Source of the DNA: Diadema antillarum
Taxonomy: Eukaryota
Direction: 5' to 3'
NCBI RefSeq assembly: GCF_040938485.1
Contig: NW_027272137.1
Span: 806,001-870,000 of the forward strand
DNA length: 64,000 nucleotides
The notes below the pieces were generated by a model. That model saw only the letters and a list, made by a program, of their open reading frames with translations. It was not told the DNA's origin and searched no databases. Shown piece by piece: positions 37,274-48,706 of this stretch. The position numbers were made by a program, and so were the translations under genes. Position 1 is the stretch's first letter. Each line of letters starts with the position of its first letter.

Positions 37274-38277
37274 GACATGATAGATTTATCTTAGTTAGAG
37301 CCGATGGAATACACTACTGTACTATGGTGCGATACTGTACAAATGAAAATGTTTGAGTTCTATATACCTAACAGCGTCCTTTAAAGTGGCCACTAAATCT
37401 TCCCACCATTCCAGTTATTGACTATAGACTCTAACTGCTTGTTATATTTTGTACGACATATGAATTGAGTGTTGTATGATGATGATATTAACAGTGAATG
37501 AGATAGAATCGCTTCATCCCTCTTTTTATCGTGATTTCGAACTGATGTCAAGAAATTTATGAGGACTTTGAGAAAATGTAGATGAACCTGATTGTGATTT
37601 AGTTAGTAATTCAATATTTTAACAATGAAATTGAAAATGATTAAGTGTGCAGTCTGAACAATACCATATTATGCAAAATGAAAAAAAAAAATTTAAACAA
37701 ATATTCATACATAATATAACCCTGTTTTACCTTGTTAAAATACAAATATAAAGATGTTATCGACTTAGGAAAGACACGCCTGTGACTGTATCTAATAATA
37801 AGGTTACTACATTGTACTGCAAACATAATTCACACAGTGCATTTCGTTGAGATATCAACTTCCATGTAAAGACTTGACCATGACGGATATAGGAAAGGTT
37901 CGATTACTCACAAGTAAACAGTTTTTGTGCGCGATTTCGTTTTTAAGTACGTTCCTCACTATACATAAGATGACTATGTTGTATACATTACATTAGCGTC
38001 TAAAAGTCATTGACATGAAAATGTGAATAAATGTTTATTATAAAACATATCTGTCTCAACAATTGTCACGTTTTGGTTTCGATTCCATCTTGTGTCCCTC
38101 GGAAGGAGAGTGGTCAATGAAATTACGTTACGAGAATGATTTGACTCCTAGAGTTATCAGTGAGAGTCCAAAGGCTATAAACATCCAAGGCGCACTCCTT
38201 TCGAAGTCTGGCAACGAGTCAAAAGGGGGCGCTGTTCGTGGGAAACGTTTCTTTCGTATCCTTGGAGGCACTTGGTT

Positions 38278-38313
38278 TTAGCTCTGGTTCTCTTGCTCGA
38301 AGAACATGAATTC
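38278..38313 (-). CDS. PLSCR: PLSCR gene C terminal coding exon 9
   Basis: [11 protein letters not shown]-stop; gcag| acceptor; minus-strand AATAAA at about 38034-38039. Confidence 0.9.
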   Translation of the reverse strand, partial: EFMFFEQENQS

Positions 38314-41300
38314 CTGCAGTTTGGGCGAGAAAGCACATTAGGTTGCGATGAAATGGATGGATGATCGGTTAAAAGATTATTCATTGGAATATTGGTGGGA
38401 TTGTACCGTGGTTCAAAATAAAAGGCTTACAAACAAACATGATATGAGAATAAAGTCTGCGCGTTTTTAATTAAGGGTTTTATGAACTGTAACCTCTACT
38501 TGTATGAATAACACGAACTTTTCACTCGAAACACTGTCATCGAAGCTTGCAAAATATTGTCTTGAAGTTATTTTCACATACAGCAGTTTTTATGAAAAGA
38601 ATACGTTTTCCTCGAAATATAGCTTCTGAGATGATTCGTTGCTGATCATTCCAAAGTCGACTGTCGACAAAGGATTATTTTGCCTTCGAAGGAGACAAAC
38701 AAATTTAATTTTCAATACCGGAACAATAATCTTATTTCAACCATGACCTGAAACCACCACTTATCAAATCGGTGGAATGACTCATAGGAATGAAATCGTT
38801 TGAAGTTATGTTACAGTACTTCCATCTTAATATACATCAAGTAGAGTGTCGAAAGATGGTATAAAATCACGCGTTTTGGAAATAGCAAAATGGCTGTCGA
38901 TTTAATATACCATATATGACGCCATGCACCTTTCGGCAGGATGGTGAAGTAAAATGAAAATTTCGACTGATTCGTTGGAAACGATTAACACACGTGATCC
39001 CATAGGGGGCGGTTTAGCACTCTTCATCACTATACGAACTTTGCACGCACCAAGAATTATCATAACGTCGAACTGAAATCAAGCTCTAAATTGATATGGT
39101 CTAAAGGCATTAATCGTGATATTCCGAGGTACTCACGAGCAAAAACATGGCTCCCAAGACAGTTGCCTTTGCCTTCACGTCAAGGTCCAGTGGGACTGAG
39201 AACAACAAAATAAAACAAAATGAAAGTGAAGAAAAATAGATACTTAACAGCGAAAACAGCAGCAATCCTGGAAAGAATGATTAATTGTCATTTCATATGG
39301 GTACTGTCATAGTGTAACTAAAGTTATGTTTATAGTGCGATCATTGCCATGATTGTTATGATTATCACCAAGATCAACATCACCACCATGATCATTCAAA
39401 TGTCGAATTCTAATTGATTGATCCTCGGATATTGTATCGCTGTCTGTTTTGTGTGTGTTTATTTGTGTTTATGTTTTATTCGTATGTGTGTGTTGGTGCT
39501 TTTGTGTGTCTCTTTAATCAGCCAGGCCAAAGCTTTGAAAAATATTATTAATACGTCAAGCATCAGATAATACATCCCATGCAAAAACGCGGGAGGAGGA
39601 ACAATATTTGAGGAAGGGGCGCGAAATGGAGTAAGACTTACAGGTGATGGCAAAGTTGTCTGCTCTCGTGCAACACTCTTTGAAGCAGCCAGGCCACTGC
39701 TTGGCGATCACTCCTAGATCTGTCTGGAGGTCGTTACTCTTCAACTGCGGCATGAAATTATCAGAAGGCAAACATATATCTTACTTTTACTGAAATAAGA
39801 AATCTATGCAGATAAACACAAAACATTGTCGACGGTCATACAAATTAATACAAAGTTAACAACACTAAGGATTTATCATCTTCAAGTTACGAAATAAAAC
39901 AGCAAACAAGTGATTGACATGAATGGACATAGTGTAACGAAACATCCAGACATTCAGGGTGTTCAGGGTCATATTTTCTTTCTTTGTATCATGCTTATTG
40001 ACGAAATTGTATCATATTTACGATTTTTTTTTAGATAGAAAAGGCACCTGGCTAAGAATTGCTATCCATGAAATACCGATTTCTTTGTGAGCAAAGGATT
40101 GTACGTCTTGTACTATTACAAAAGCCCTGCGACAAGATATTTCTATCCGTTATTGTGTTCATTCTAACCTTCCAACACATCCTTATCACAAAAGTCGTGT
40201 TGTTCCCCAGAAAATGATTAAGCTGCGGGAAGTCCTTGTGTAATACAAACATAATACTGAGATAACCGTCCAGCTTCCAATGGAATTTTTTTACTGTACC
40301 AGTGAAGACCTATACCTACTTCGTTTCAGTTTCCACAATTCCTTCGTTAAATATTACTAGCCCTTAAATTCCGGAGAAACCCCTTAAACTCAGCCTGATA
40401 TTACATTACTGAGCTGTAGATATGCGACGCTTATCATACCACCGGGTTATTATATAGGTTAAAAAAAAAACTAAACTAAACTAAACTAAACAAAGAAAAA
40501 AAAATACTTGCTCTGCACAAGCGCAAGACAGCTGTTTCCAATGTCCAACCCTACATCTGGGCCCCCCTTTCTTATCAAACGAGGGTTATGATTGATCCTG
40601 AAAGTGAGATAACTGACCCATTTATCAATACTCAGTCAACTATTAATAGTCTCTTTTTAATGAAGGACTTATAATCAAATTCAACTTCAAACTGATTGAA
40701 AAGTTACGATTGATGTATGGCATCATAATTTCTTTGGGGGACTTCAAGTAATTATTGATATCTGAGACTGATAATCATAATCTTTGATAAACCGGGGCCC
40801 AGATCTAAAGCTTAACGAGAGATGGAAAAGAGCTTCCAGTCAGCTGATCCTTACCCTGAAGTCAAGGTCACCTTGGCAACAGATCGCCTGGCAGAAGCAG
40901 CATGGTCCACGGACCTTCATAACAGGGTTCATGTCGGCGTCCATTATGTCCATATGTGGATACCACCAGCTCCGACTGGATAAGTAAACGGTATAACCTT
41001 ATAAACAGTCTGTTACAGAGTCTGATTGGGTGCAATGTCCTCACCCCCCCCCCTCCCTCCCTTTAGGTAAAAAGGAAGAGTTTGACCAAAAATCGGTTTT
41101 AAGCGCCATGAATTCTTGAACACTTTAAAGACCATCAGATAATAACAAGGAGAAAAATAAAATATTTCCAATGACACCTCACTTGTTGCATAGCAACGAA
41201 TATAGTTACTCTTGATTTCATATATATATTTTTAGCATGTTTAATCGACGATAATGGAGGTAACTCGTTTTACGATAAAACTCTTCCTATATTAATGACG

Positions 41301-42009
41301 TTCGAAAACAGAGGGACTGTGATCGCGGATTGATCCCAGTCAAGCTGTAAGACATGTGGAGTTATTAGTATACGTCATGATGGGACTATGGTACTCTTGG
41401 ACTAAAGAATCATATTAGCATACGGTATGATACTCCACTATCACTGACTATAATTATGGAGTATAGTTTAAGATCATATTACGATTATGCTATATTGTTG
41501 TTACATGTATCATAATCATGATCCTGTCCGTCTGTGGTAATCAACCTTCAATGTTAGCACTGATCTCACAGGAGGTACTGCAATCACGAGCTTCTCAGCA
41601 GCTATATAATTAGCTAAATAATTACTCATATTTTGTACACTGGAGTAAAGCATAAGGACATAACGGACAAAACACTCCGTCCTTAGGGACGAGGCAGACT
41701 CCAAATTATATCCCCTATCCCACATCAGTGCTCTTACTTGAAAAGCAATTGCATCAACCTTTAACACTACTGTTTTATTAGTTTATTTGTTAATTATTTA
41801 TTTATTTATTCATTTATTCATTTATTTACTTACTTACTTACTTATTCATTCATATAGATAAATTAACATTTCTGTTTTAAAGCCTTCATTGCTTAACTTA
41901 TGTAGATTATTTGATTTGTCTCTCCTTTTCCCAGATGTACAAATGAGTACCAGGGAGGGAGAATGAAACATACTGTGAGACGATAAGTTGAAAGAAGAGA
42001 ATGCTAAAG

Positions 42010-42040
<31 letters not shown>

Positions 42041-45000
42041 AGGGTGCAAAGAAAGCAAAGAAGGTACAAGAAAAGAGAAAGAAGAGGTAGGAGGAGGAGG
42101 AGGAGGAGATGGATGGAAAGGGAGAACGAGTCTTCACCTCTGCCTGGCGTATCCAATGACGTTTCCTGGCGGTGCTTCAACCTGGATCCGGTAGGCACAG
42201 ACATCCGAATTGGCGCACCAGCAGCAGCCAGCGCAGCACTGAAACGGACGCGTAATCTTGATCACTTCCTGTCAAGACAAAGGGGACCAATGGAATCAGC
42301 CAACACAGATAATTTGGTAAGCAAAATCAATGGAATCATTTGTATGACACGCAATACAAACCTGAAACAATTAAGTTCCATAGCCATTTGCTGTATGCTC
42401 ATGATAACTAATGTTTCAAAAGAATCACTTACATTATGACACCATCATTGTTTAATTCATGATAAATGGGAAGATAAAGGAATCTGAATCTGGATACGAA
42501 TCTAACATTTTCCTTTGTAAAGAGCCGGGATAATTTAGAAAAACCATCCAGCTCTATGATGATGTATGTTCAAGCTATCAGTATGCGCTCCTAGCCTTAG
42601 AAGCATATATATCAATGATGAATAATTCAGTGTAATATAATAAAATTCAAAACTGTAAAATGTCGCATTACAAGTGATGTAATGGTTGTTTGCCCTATGA
42701 TAAAGTGAATTCACACCATAGTGGTCGTATACGCACTTTTACCAAAATGTTGTTGTTGTTGTTGTTAAAATGTATTTATTCAGGATAAAAAGTTCAGCAA
42801 AAGCTGTTTTACAACAATGTCCTGTATTAAAATAGATATAAAAACAGTCTCAAATGCAGTTTCTAATGCAGTGGATTTCATGCATGTCATATATAAATTG
42901 AATCGAATTATTCAAACTGAAATATCAAATTTAAAAAAAACGCAGTAAAATACATACCTTCCCCATGTTGTCGACGATGTGCAGCAAAAAACTCGATTCT
43001 TTAACAAAAGAAAGAAAAGAGAAAAAGATGTTCCGTTTCCCAGATTAATTCAAAGCTATGAAAAATTTAGAAATTGTTCTATTTGTTTATAATGCTTATA
43101 GCTATGAAACTGTAGTATGGTAATCGAGTGATATTCCAAACATGCCAAAGGTCCGTTATTCCCCAACACACAAATTCTGTATTCCTCGCTGTTCGTTTTC
43201 AACGTCGGAAAATGAAGTAAGGTTAATAGTCAAAGGTTCGTTAATTAAAAGATGAAATAAGTTTCGTTATTCCGAAGGTACGCCTATCAAAAAATGAAAT
43301 AAGGTTCGTTATACCAAAGGTTCGTTTATCCAATGAAATAAGGTTCGTTATACCAAAGGTTTGATTGTCCAGAAATGAAATTAGGTTCGAAATGACAAAC
43401 ATTTGGAAATTTTCAGAGTATATTTTTGGGTTGAAATTATGTAATGAGTTATTCATTATACTTCACCCCCCCCCCCCCCCCAGCATAGTCGGCGTCAGTG
43501 TGATAAAAGATGAATTATATTCAGGGCTGTTTAATTATATTCTGACCTATGTTAAACCAATGATTACATGCTAAAGCTTTGGAGGGGTAAAATTATTGGA
43601 TTTTTATTTCATGCAGAAAGATTTAAAAATCGTGCACGTAAGTACCTCACCTGTGATTGCCAAAGATACGACGAATTATGATCACGCAAGGAGCATATTG
43701 CTTATTGATATCTTCCCGAAGAGGTTTTTGGTTTGTCGTCTTGTGTGTGTGTTTTCCCCTTCTCAGAATTACTTTCCAAGTAGCTCGAACAAAAGTGCTG
43801 ACTACAGTTGATCGAAATAATATGTTGAACTGAACCGAATAAAACTGAATCAATTCATCNNNNNNNNNNNNNNNNNNNNNNNNNNNNNNNNNNNNNNNNN
43901 NNNNNNNNNNNNNNNNNNNNNNNNNNNNNNNNNNNNNNNNNNNNNNNNNNNNNNNNNNNNNNNNNNNNNNNNNNNNNNNNNNNNNNNNNNNNNNATATAC
44001 CACTGAATATATACAAAACGTTTACCTTCAAAAGCAAAATAGATTTGCTGACCCAGTGAGTTCTTCACGGCGTATTTATTTTTCATTTGAATGCCAGTTA
44101 CAGCTGTGAGGAAGGAGATAAGAATTAGAAGAAAAAATTGGTGTAAGGTGACTCAGGAACATTGACATAGACATCATACTGGACAACTGAAATGATTAAA
44201 AGATATTAATTTTTGAAAGAGCGAGACAATTGAATACGTGAATATAAGAACGGCCCAAGTCCAAATTTAGCTATCATCTTTGGAGATCCTTAGTAATGGC
44301 AATGCAGATAATCAATCAAAGGATTCAATCAAATCTTTTATTTGAATTTTGTATGCATAACATTCCCATAAGTGAAATATGAAATTGAGAAGTTATTTGT
44401 TGGTGTTTTCTCCCTCTCGAAATTCTCTCTACTGGATTTGTGTTTTTCTTACATTCAGGTATTCAAATATAAGATATCTTGTATATTTCTTTGTGCCCTT
44501 GAAATTAAAAATCAATGTAAAAACTATAATTATAATACCAAAAGAGCAACTGAAATATGCGTGGTCAAACAAAACGCCAGTATCAAACAGTAACAATGGT
44601 GAAAGAAAAGAAGAAGTGAAGCTACTTGATGATCCGTTTGTCGCAACAAAATATATAGATAACTCTAGTAAATTAAACGCCCTATAACATGCATACAATG
44701 ATCTCCATCATTGGGGTGGTCTTCGAATTCATTCCTGGCATTAATGGTATACAGCATACTCTTGATCCGATAGGTGCAATATAATCTCCTAAAAGCCAAC
44801 ATCATTGTCTGTAGTCGAGCGTAATATGGGTAATATGAGTGTTGTTGTTTTTTTTATCTAGAAATAATCATCAATGCATTTTGTATGATTTTGGAATATA
44901 CTGTACCATGCAGCATGTGATCAGCAAAAACACGTGATAAACAATGATTATGGTCGCAATTACATTGAGTTCTCTATATTAATCTACCTTCAAAGACTTC

Positions 45001-46241
45001 GACCAGCTGATGAACAAGAAGCTGATCAATCTGTAGAAGGTATTCCAAACCCGGTGGACAGCTATCCGCACCCTCCGGTCGATCCATCCAACGGGATTTC
45101 TCTGGCTGCATCTCAACCTGCCATTTTGTTTTCATTGTCACGTGTACAGAAGACAAAATTACTTGTACAATTTATCATGTGCGTGTACGTTAACATGACT
45201 GATATCAGATAAGCAGATTTTTATTTTTCCCTATAAAGAACTTGCAAGAATTTTGAGAGGAAATCCACCCAAAAATAGATAAACTTCACAAGAAAGAAAA
45301 AAATATTCCCTATAATAGAACGATAAAAAATGACAAAAATAGGATGAGAAATAAGGAAGATATGACATTTTAAAATTTCACAGTTTTTATTTTCGGAAAG
45401 CGTTTTTTGACCAGTCCACATGAATATTCAAGTCAGCAAGTTGACGATGTCATGCTCTCAAAATCTCTTATTCATTTCATACAAAAATGACAAAAATCTC
45501 ATATTTCAGCTGTATAAATATAAAATTTGTCTTAAACCTGCACCCAAAATAAAAAGGACAAATGTTAACTGTGATATATCTTGGTATGGGAACATGTTTT
45601 TACTTGTATTAACTAAGAATAACAAATATTCCGAATTTCTTATATAACATTTATATGAAAAATTGTGAGAGTATGACATCGTCAAGTCACTCATTTCAAT
45701 ATTCATAAGGACTGGTCAAGAAATGTTTTCCGAAAAATTTGAAACTTCAAAGTGGCATATCTACCTTATTTCTTATCCGATTTTTGTCATTTTTGCATCA
45801 TTTTGTAGGGAATATTTTTCTCTTTCTTTTAAAGTTTATTTATTTTTGGGGTGGATGTCTTTTGAAAGCACTGGAAAGCTGGTTCTGCAGATGGGCATTC
45901 AGCTGCTCTGTGTCAAAACTTCGGTAGTACTCTTATCTCATTACAGAAATGAACTGTTATCAAACCACTTGTTCACGCGCTGTTTCTTTCAAATTACCTG
46001 TTAGCATCACTAGGTTTACATGATATGCAGAATAATGTTATATGTAATCATTTGATACGTTCGATTAACACACATCCACTCACAAACAAACGCGGAAATT
46101 CATGACCAAATTAAACCCTGAATGGACTGTCCTTATAGTCCTCAAATCAAAACACATGAAAGACTAAAAGTCCCGTTTTGTGGCTTTCGAGAGTAGTCCA
46201 CGTAATCACGCAATGAGCATACATACCACTCCCGATGCCAT
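38278..46241 (-). CDS. PLSCR: Phospholipid scramblase gene C (9 coding exons, 237 aa; exon 4 shortened by 12 codons)
   Basis: Minus-strand exons 46227-46241, 44988-45117, 44026-44103, 42958-42998, 42138-42268, 40855-40975, 39642-39744, 39137-39195 and 38278-38313 join in frame (714 nt) with no internal stops and canonical GT-AG. Confidence 0.9.
39137..39195 (-). CDS. PLSCR: PLSCR gene C coding exon 8
   Basis: (F)[19 protein letters not shown]; tcag| and |gtgagt. Confidence 0.95.
39642..39744 (-). CDS. PLSCR: PLSCR gene C coding exon 7
   Basis: [34 protein letters not shown]; gcag| and |gtaagt. Confidence 0.95.
40559..40800. mobile_element. Harbinger-like MITE (gene C intron 6)
   Basis: CT|GGGCCCCCC..TTATCAAA ... 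TTTGATAAACCGGGGCCC|AG. Confidence 0.65.
40855..40975 (-). CDS. PLSCR: PLSCR gene C coding exon 6
   Basis: (S)[40 protein letters not shown]; ccag| and |gtaagg. Confidence 0.95.
42138..42268 (-). CDS. PLSCR: PLSCR gene C coding exon 5
   Basis: [43 protein letters not shown]; acag| and |gtgaag. Confidence 0.95.
42748..42824 (-). mobile_element. L2/CR1-type 3' tail
   Basis: Minus strand CAGGA...GTAAAACAG...GCTGAAC...TCCTG, then AATAAA and an (ACA)n tail. Confidence 0.55.
42958..42998 (-). CDS. PLSCR: PLSCR gene C coding exon 4 (41 nt versus 77 nt in paralogues)
   Basis: (E)[13 protein letters not shown]; strong pyrimidine tract with taaag| and |gtatgt; phases 1/0 as in paralogues. Confidence 0.85.
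43150..43400. mobile_element. Partial MITE of the same GGTTCGTTA family (gene C intron 3)
   Basis: Tandem AATGAAATAAGGTTCGTTATACCAAAGG units; boundaries approximate. Confidence 0.55.
44026..44103 (-). CDS. PLSCR: PLSCR gene C coding exon 3
   Basis: (A)[25 protein letters not shown]; acag| and |gtaaac. Confidence 0.95.
44988..45117 (-). CDS. PLSCR: PLSCR gene C coding exon 2
   Basis: [43 protein letters not shown]; gcag| and |gtagat. Confidence 0.9.
45253..45864. mobile_element. Long-TIR palindromic MITE related to 11914-12539 (gene C intron 1)
   Basis: About 150-bp inverted arms, visible as mirror-image pseudo-ORFs 45221-45421(-) and 45723-46004(+), plus an inner inverted pair; boundaries approximate. 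Confidence 0.75.
46227..46241 (-). CDS. PLSCR: PLSCR gene C putative first coding micro-exon (MASGV)
   Basis: Pyrimidine tract and ccag| at 46264, then caagATG GCA TCG GGA GTG|gtatgt; phase 0 matches the next exon. Inferred from splice signals only. Confidence 0.6.
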
Positions 46242-47125
46242 CTTGTTTGGGTTGTGCAATCCTCCTGGTCAGAAACTAAGCAGAGAAGAAGACCACTATC
46301 AACAGAGAAGAGAGATAATGAAGATTAGTTATATAGTGACCAGATGAACTCTGGCACATAGTCCGTAAGCCTATATGACATGTCTGAGGAGTTGTGTCTA
46401 CAAAAGTCCCCTTCGGGCGTTTGGCGGGACTCAAAGACGATTATGGGCGTATGTATATAGGGCCTAATTATCTCCATGACGATTTATGACGAAAGGGGAA
46501 TTCACTCTGAGCGCATTTTCATTATGTGAACAAATGACAGTGAAGTTTGAGAAAATTTGAAAACGCCGATTAAAAGTGATGAATCTTTGAACTTTTATTT
46601 AAATCCACGTGCCGCTATCGCTTGATGGGTAGGCTGTAACACAATTAGAAAGCAAATATAGAATGAATTGAACAAAATATAATTTCTATGAAAAACACAT
46701 GGGTATAATAATACAAATTATGAAGGGTAGTATTACTCCCCTGCCGTCTGATGGATGAAAAGGCAATAATGCTCTTCATCTATATACCAGAACAAATTAA
46801 AAATTTAACACCTCAACATTCAAATGAGTTTTGTGCGTATCATTGTTCATGTCAGCATTGATTTTGTGCGTTCTCATTCTTCGAACGTAATTGATAAATA
46901 TTATCATATCTGTTCGAACGTAATTGATATATAATAATTATCATATCTGTAAGATCAAAAAAGGTTCGAATCATACGCACAATCATTATATTGTTTTCGG
47001 GCGAACTATATGCGTCATAACATACAAGATTAATAAGGGATAATGTAATCAGAGAATAACTATGTACATAGAGTCCAGGATGTTTGGAATAAGAAACTTT
47101 GATGTCATGCTAACCCATCACACCA

Positions 47126-47245
47126 CAGTGACAGATAAGAGGGGGCGCACCGACCCCGCGCCCCTCTTTATTTTTTGAAAAAAACAAAAAGAAAAAGAAA
47201 AAATGGGGGCGCCTCCCCTATGCGGAATTCCTGGATCAGCCCCTG
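47126..47245. mobile_element. GC-rich TIR MITE, second copy
   Basis: Ends in CGGAATTCCTGGATCAGCCCCTG, as 24894-25070 does, with the same G/C-run and T/A-run interior. Confidence 0.6.
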
Positions 47246-47479
47246 TACCACAGGATGGTATCTGGGACCGACATGGAGGAAAGGAGCCCTCTAGTCTCTC
47301 TCAATAATTCTTATCGACATCGTCATTGTCTCATATTGAAAAACGAAACTCTAACGCTACATTCTGAATCTAAATATGTTAAATATTTCATCTTCAAATT
47401 AATTTCAACTTAAGCACATGCTAAGGACCTCTTGTGTAATCAAGAAATAGCGGATGTACATCCCACTTCTATCTGTCTG

Positions 47480-47710
47480 TGGTGTCAAACCGTTATTGTG
47501 CTACCAATGCCATCGTTCAACCTATGTCTACAGTCTCAGGTCTTCTGTTCTACCTTCTAGATGTAAGTCTTTTATTCACAAGGTCTTGCTACACAAGGAA
47601 ACTATTTCCGTGGAGTGATAGCTCCTTGGTAACTCTTACCTGCAAATATTGAGATGGTATATTCCTCAGAGCTGACAACACCCAAAACAGACTTGTGTCC
47701 AAACTGGCTG
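47480..47710 (+). mobile_element. Decayed LINE (CR1/L2 clade) ORF2 C-terminal fragment
   Basis: Frameshifted peptides YSLRSS.LPSRCK and NYFRGVIAPW*LLPANI...ELTTPKTDL resemble the typical YxLR...FFxRxxxxWNxLPxxI...FKxxL end. Confidence 0.45.
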
Positions 47711-48706
47711 CATAGGGTATACGTTCTTGTCGCATTCAAACCGCTCTGGCTACTACTGACATGTTAAGACTGAAGATCATAGTGTCGAAACAGTGCAATG
47801 AGTATAAGATTTGTTCCATGATTATCTGGTTGATCATTAACTGCAGTTAGCTGGGTTTTTTTTTTCTTTCATCGCATGTACTGCAAACGGAGCATTGCGA
47901 ACGACGGCATGTGATATCTTTCGTCGATCTTAATCACTTTAATCAGTGGAATTGTCAATATCCTGTTAGAAAACTCATCTCTTATCAAATCACCAGCTCT
48001 GATTACGATAGCCATTGATATAATGTATTTATTACAATCTTGCACAAAAAGTGCGAGTGTGACAGTATGTGCGGACAGGACATTAGAAATTTTGTCACAT
48101 TTTACTCGTGCTATCCTCAAGAGTATAGTGTCCTATCCGGGCTAGAAACAAACATACAAACAGAGAAAACAGAATGCCTAGAGCAGCACATTATTCATAA
48201 CATACTTCACAAGATAATAATAATCATCACAACTACCATCATCATCATCATAATCACATGAAAGTTTCTTATTATTATCGTTATCATCGTTGCTATCATT
48301 GTCGTCACAACTGTCATTATCATAACCAGTATAAGAGCAATATTATATAAGAATTACACTTCAATATACCTTATACAAATCTTGCAAGAATGAATGTAGA
48401 AAATCACATAGGAAGTGAAAAAGGAGTGTAATAGTGGGAGTGATCTACATCAGTTACTCTCAACTCAAACATATCAGCCATAATGCAAAACCATTCGCAC
48501 GCATTCACACCGTGTATAATCACTAATTATATCAGTGAGAACTGCGCATCGAGTTCTTGTTCACAGCAATGACAAGAGCTGAGGTATACTCTGATACATT
48601 AGCAATGACGTAACATCAGAGTACAACATCACCACATCCAAAGCTCACCTAATATAGGGAACGACTTAGTCAATATGGAAATGTTTGTTTTGTTACGTGA
48701 GTTTAA

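Noticed and set aside
41988-42439. Charged or Arg-rich ORFs such as EREREREE and RRRRRRR
   Set aside because: Translations of (GA)n/(GGA)n microsatellites or the antisense of gene C exon 5.
43647-43730. Possible missing exon 4 segment of gene C ending in CAG|GTGAGG
   Set aside because: No acceptor or pyrimidine tract, an in-frame stop shortly upstream, and no scramblase similarity.
38278-46241. Gene C as a pseudogene
   Set aside because: All nine exons are in frame with canonical splice sites and no premature stop. The exon 4 loss is a multiple of three.
47630-47650. Minus-strand CAG|GTAAGA as the gene C 5' UTR donor
   Set aside because: It lies inside a decayed + strand LINE fragment, with no independent support.
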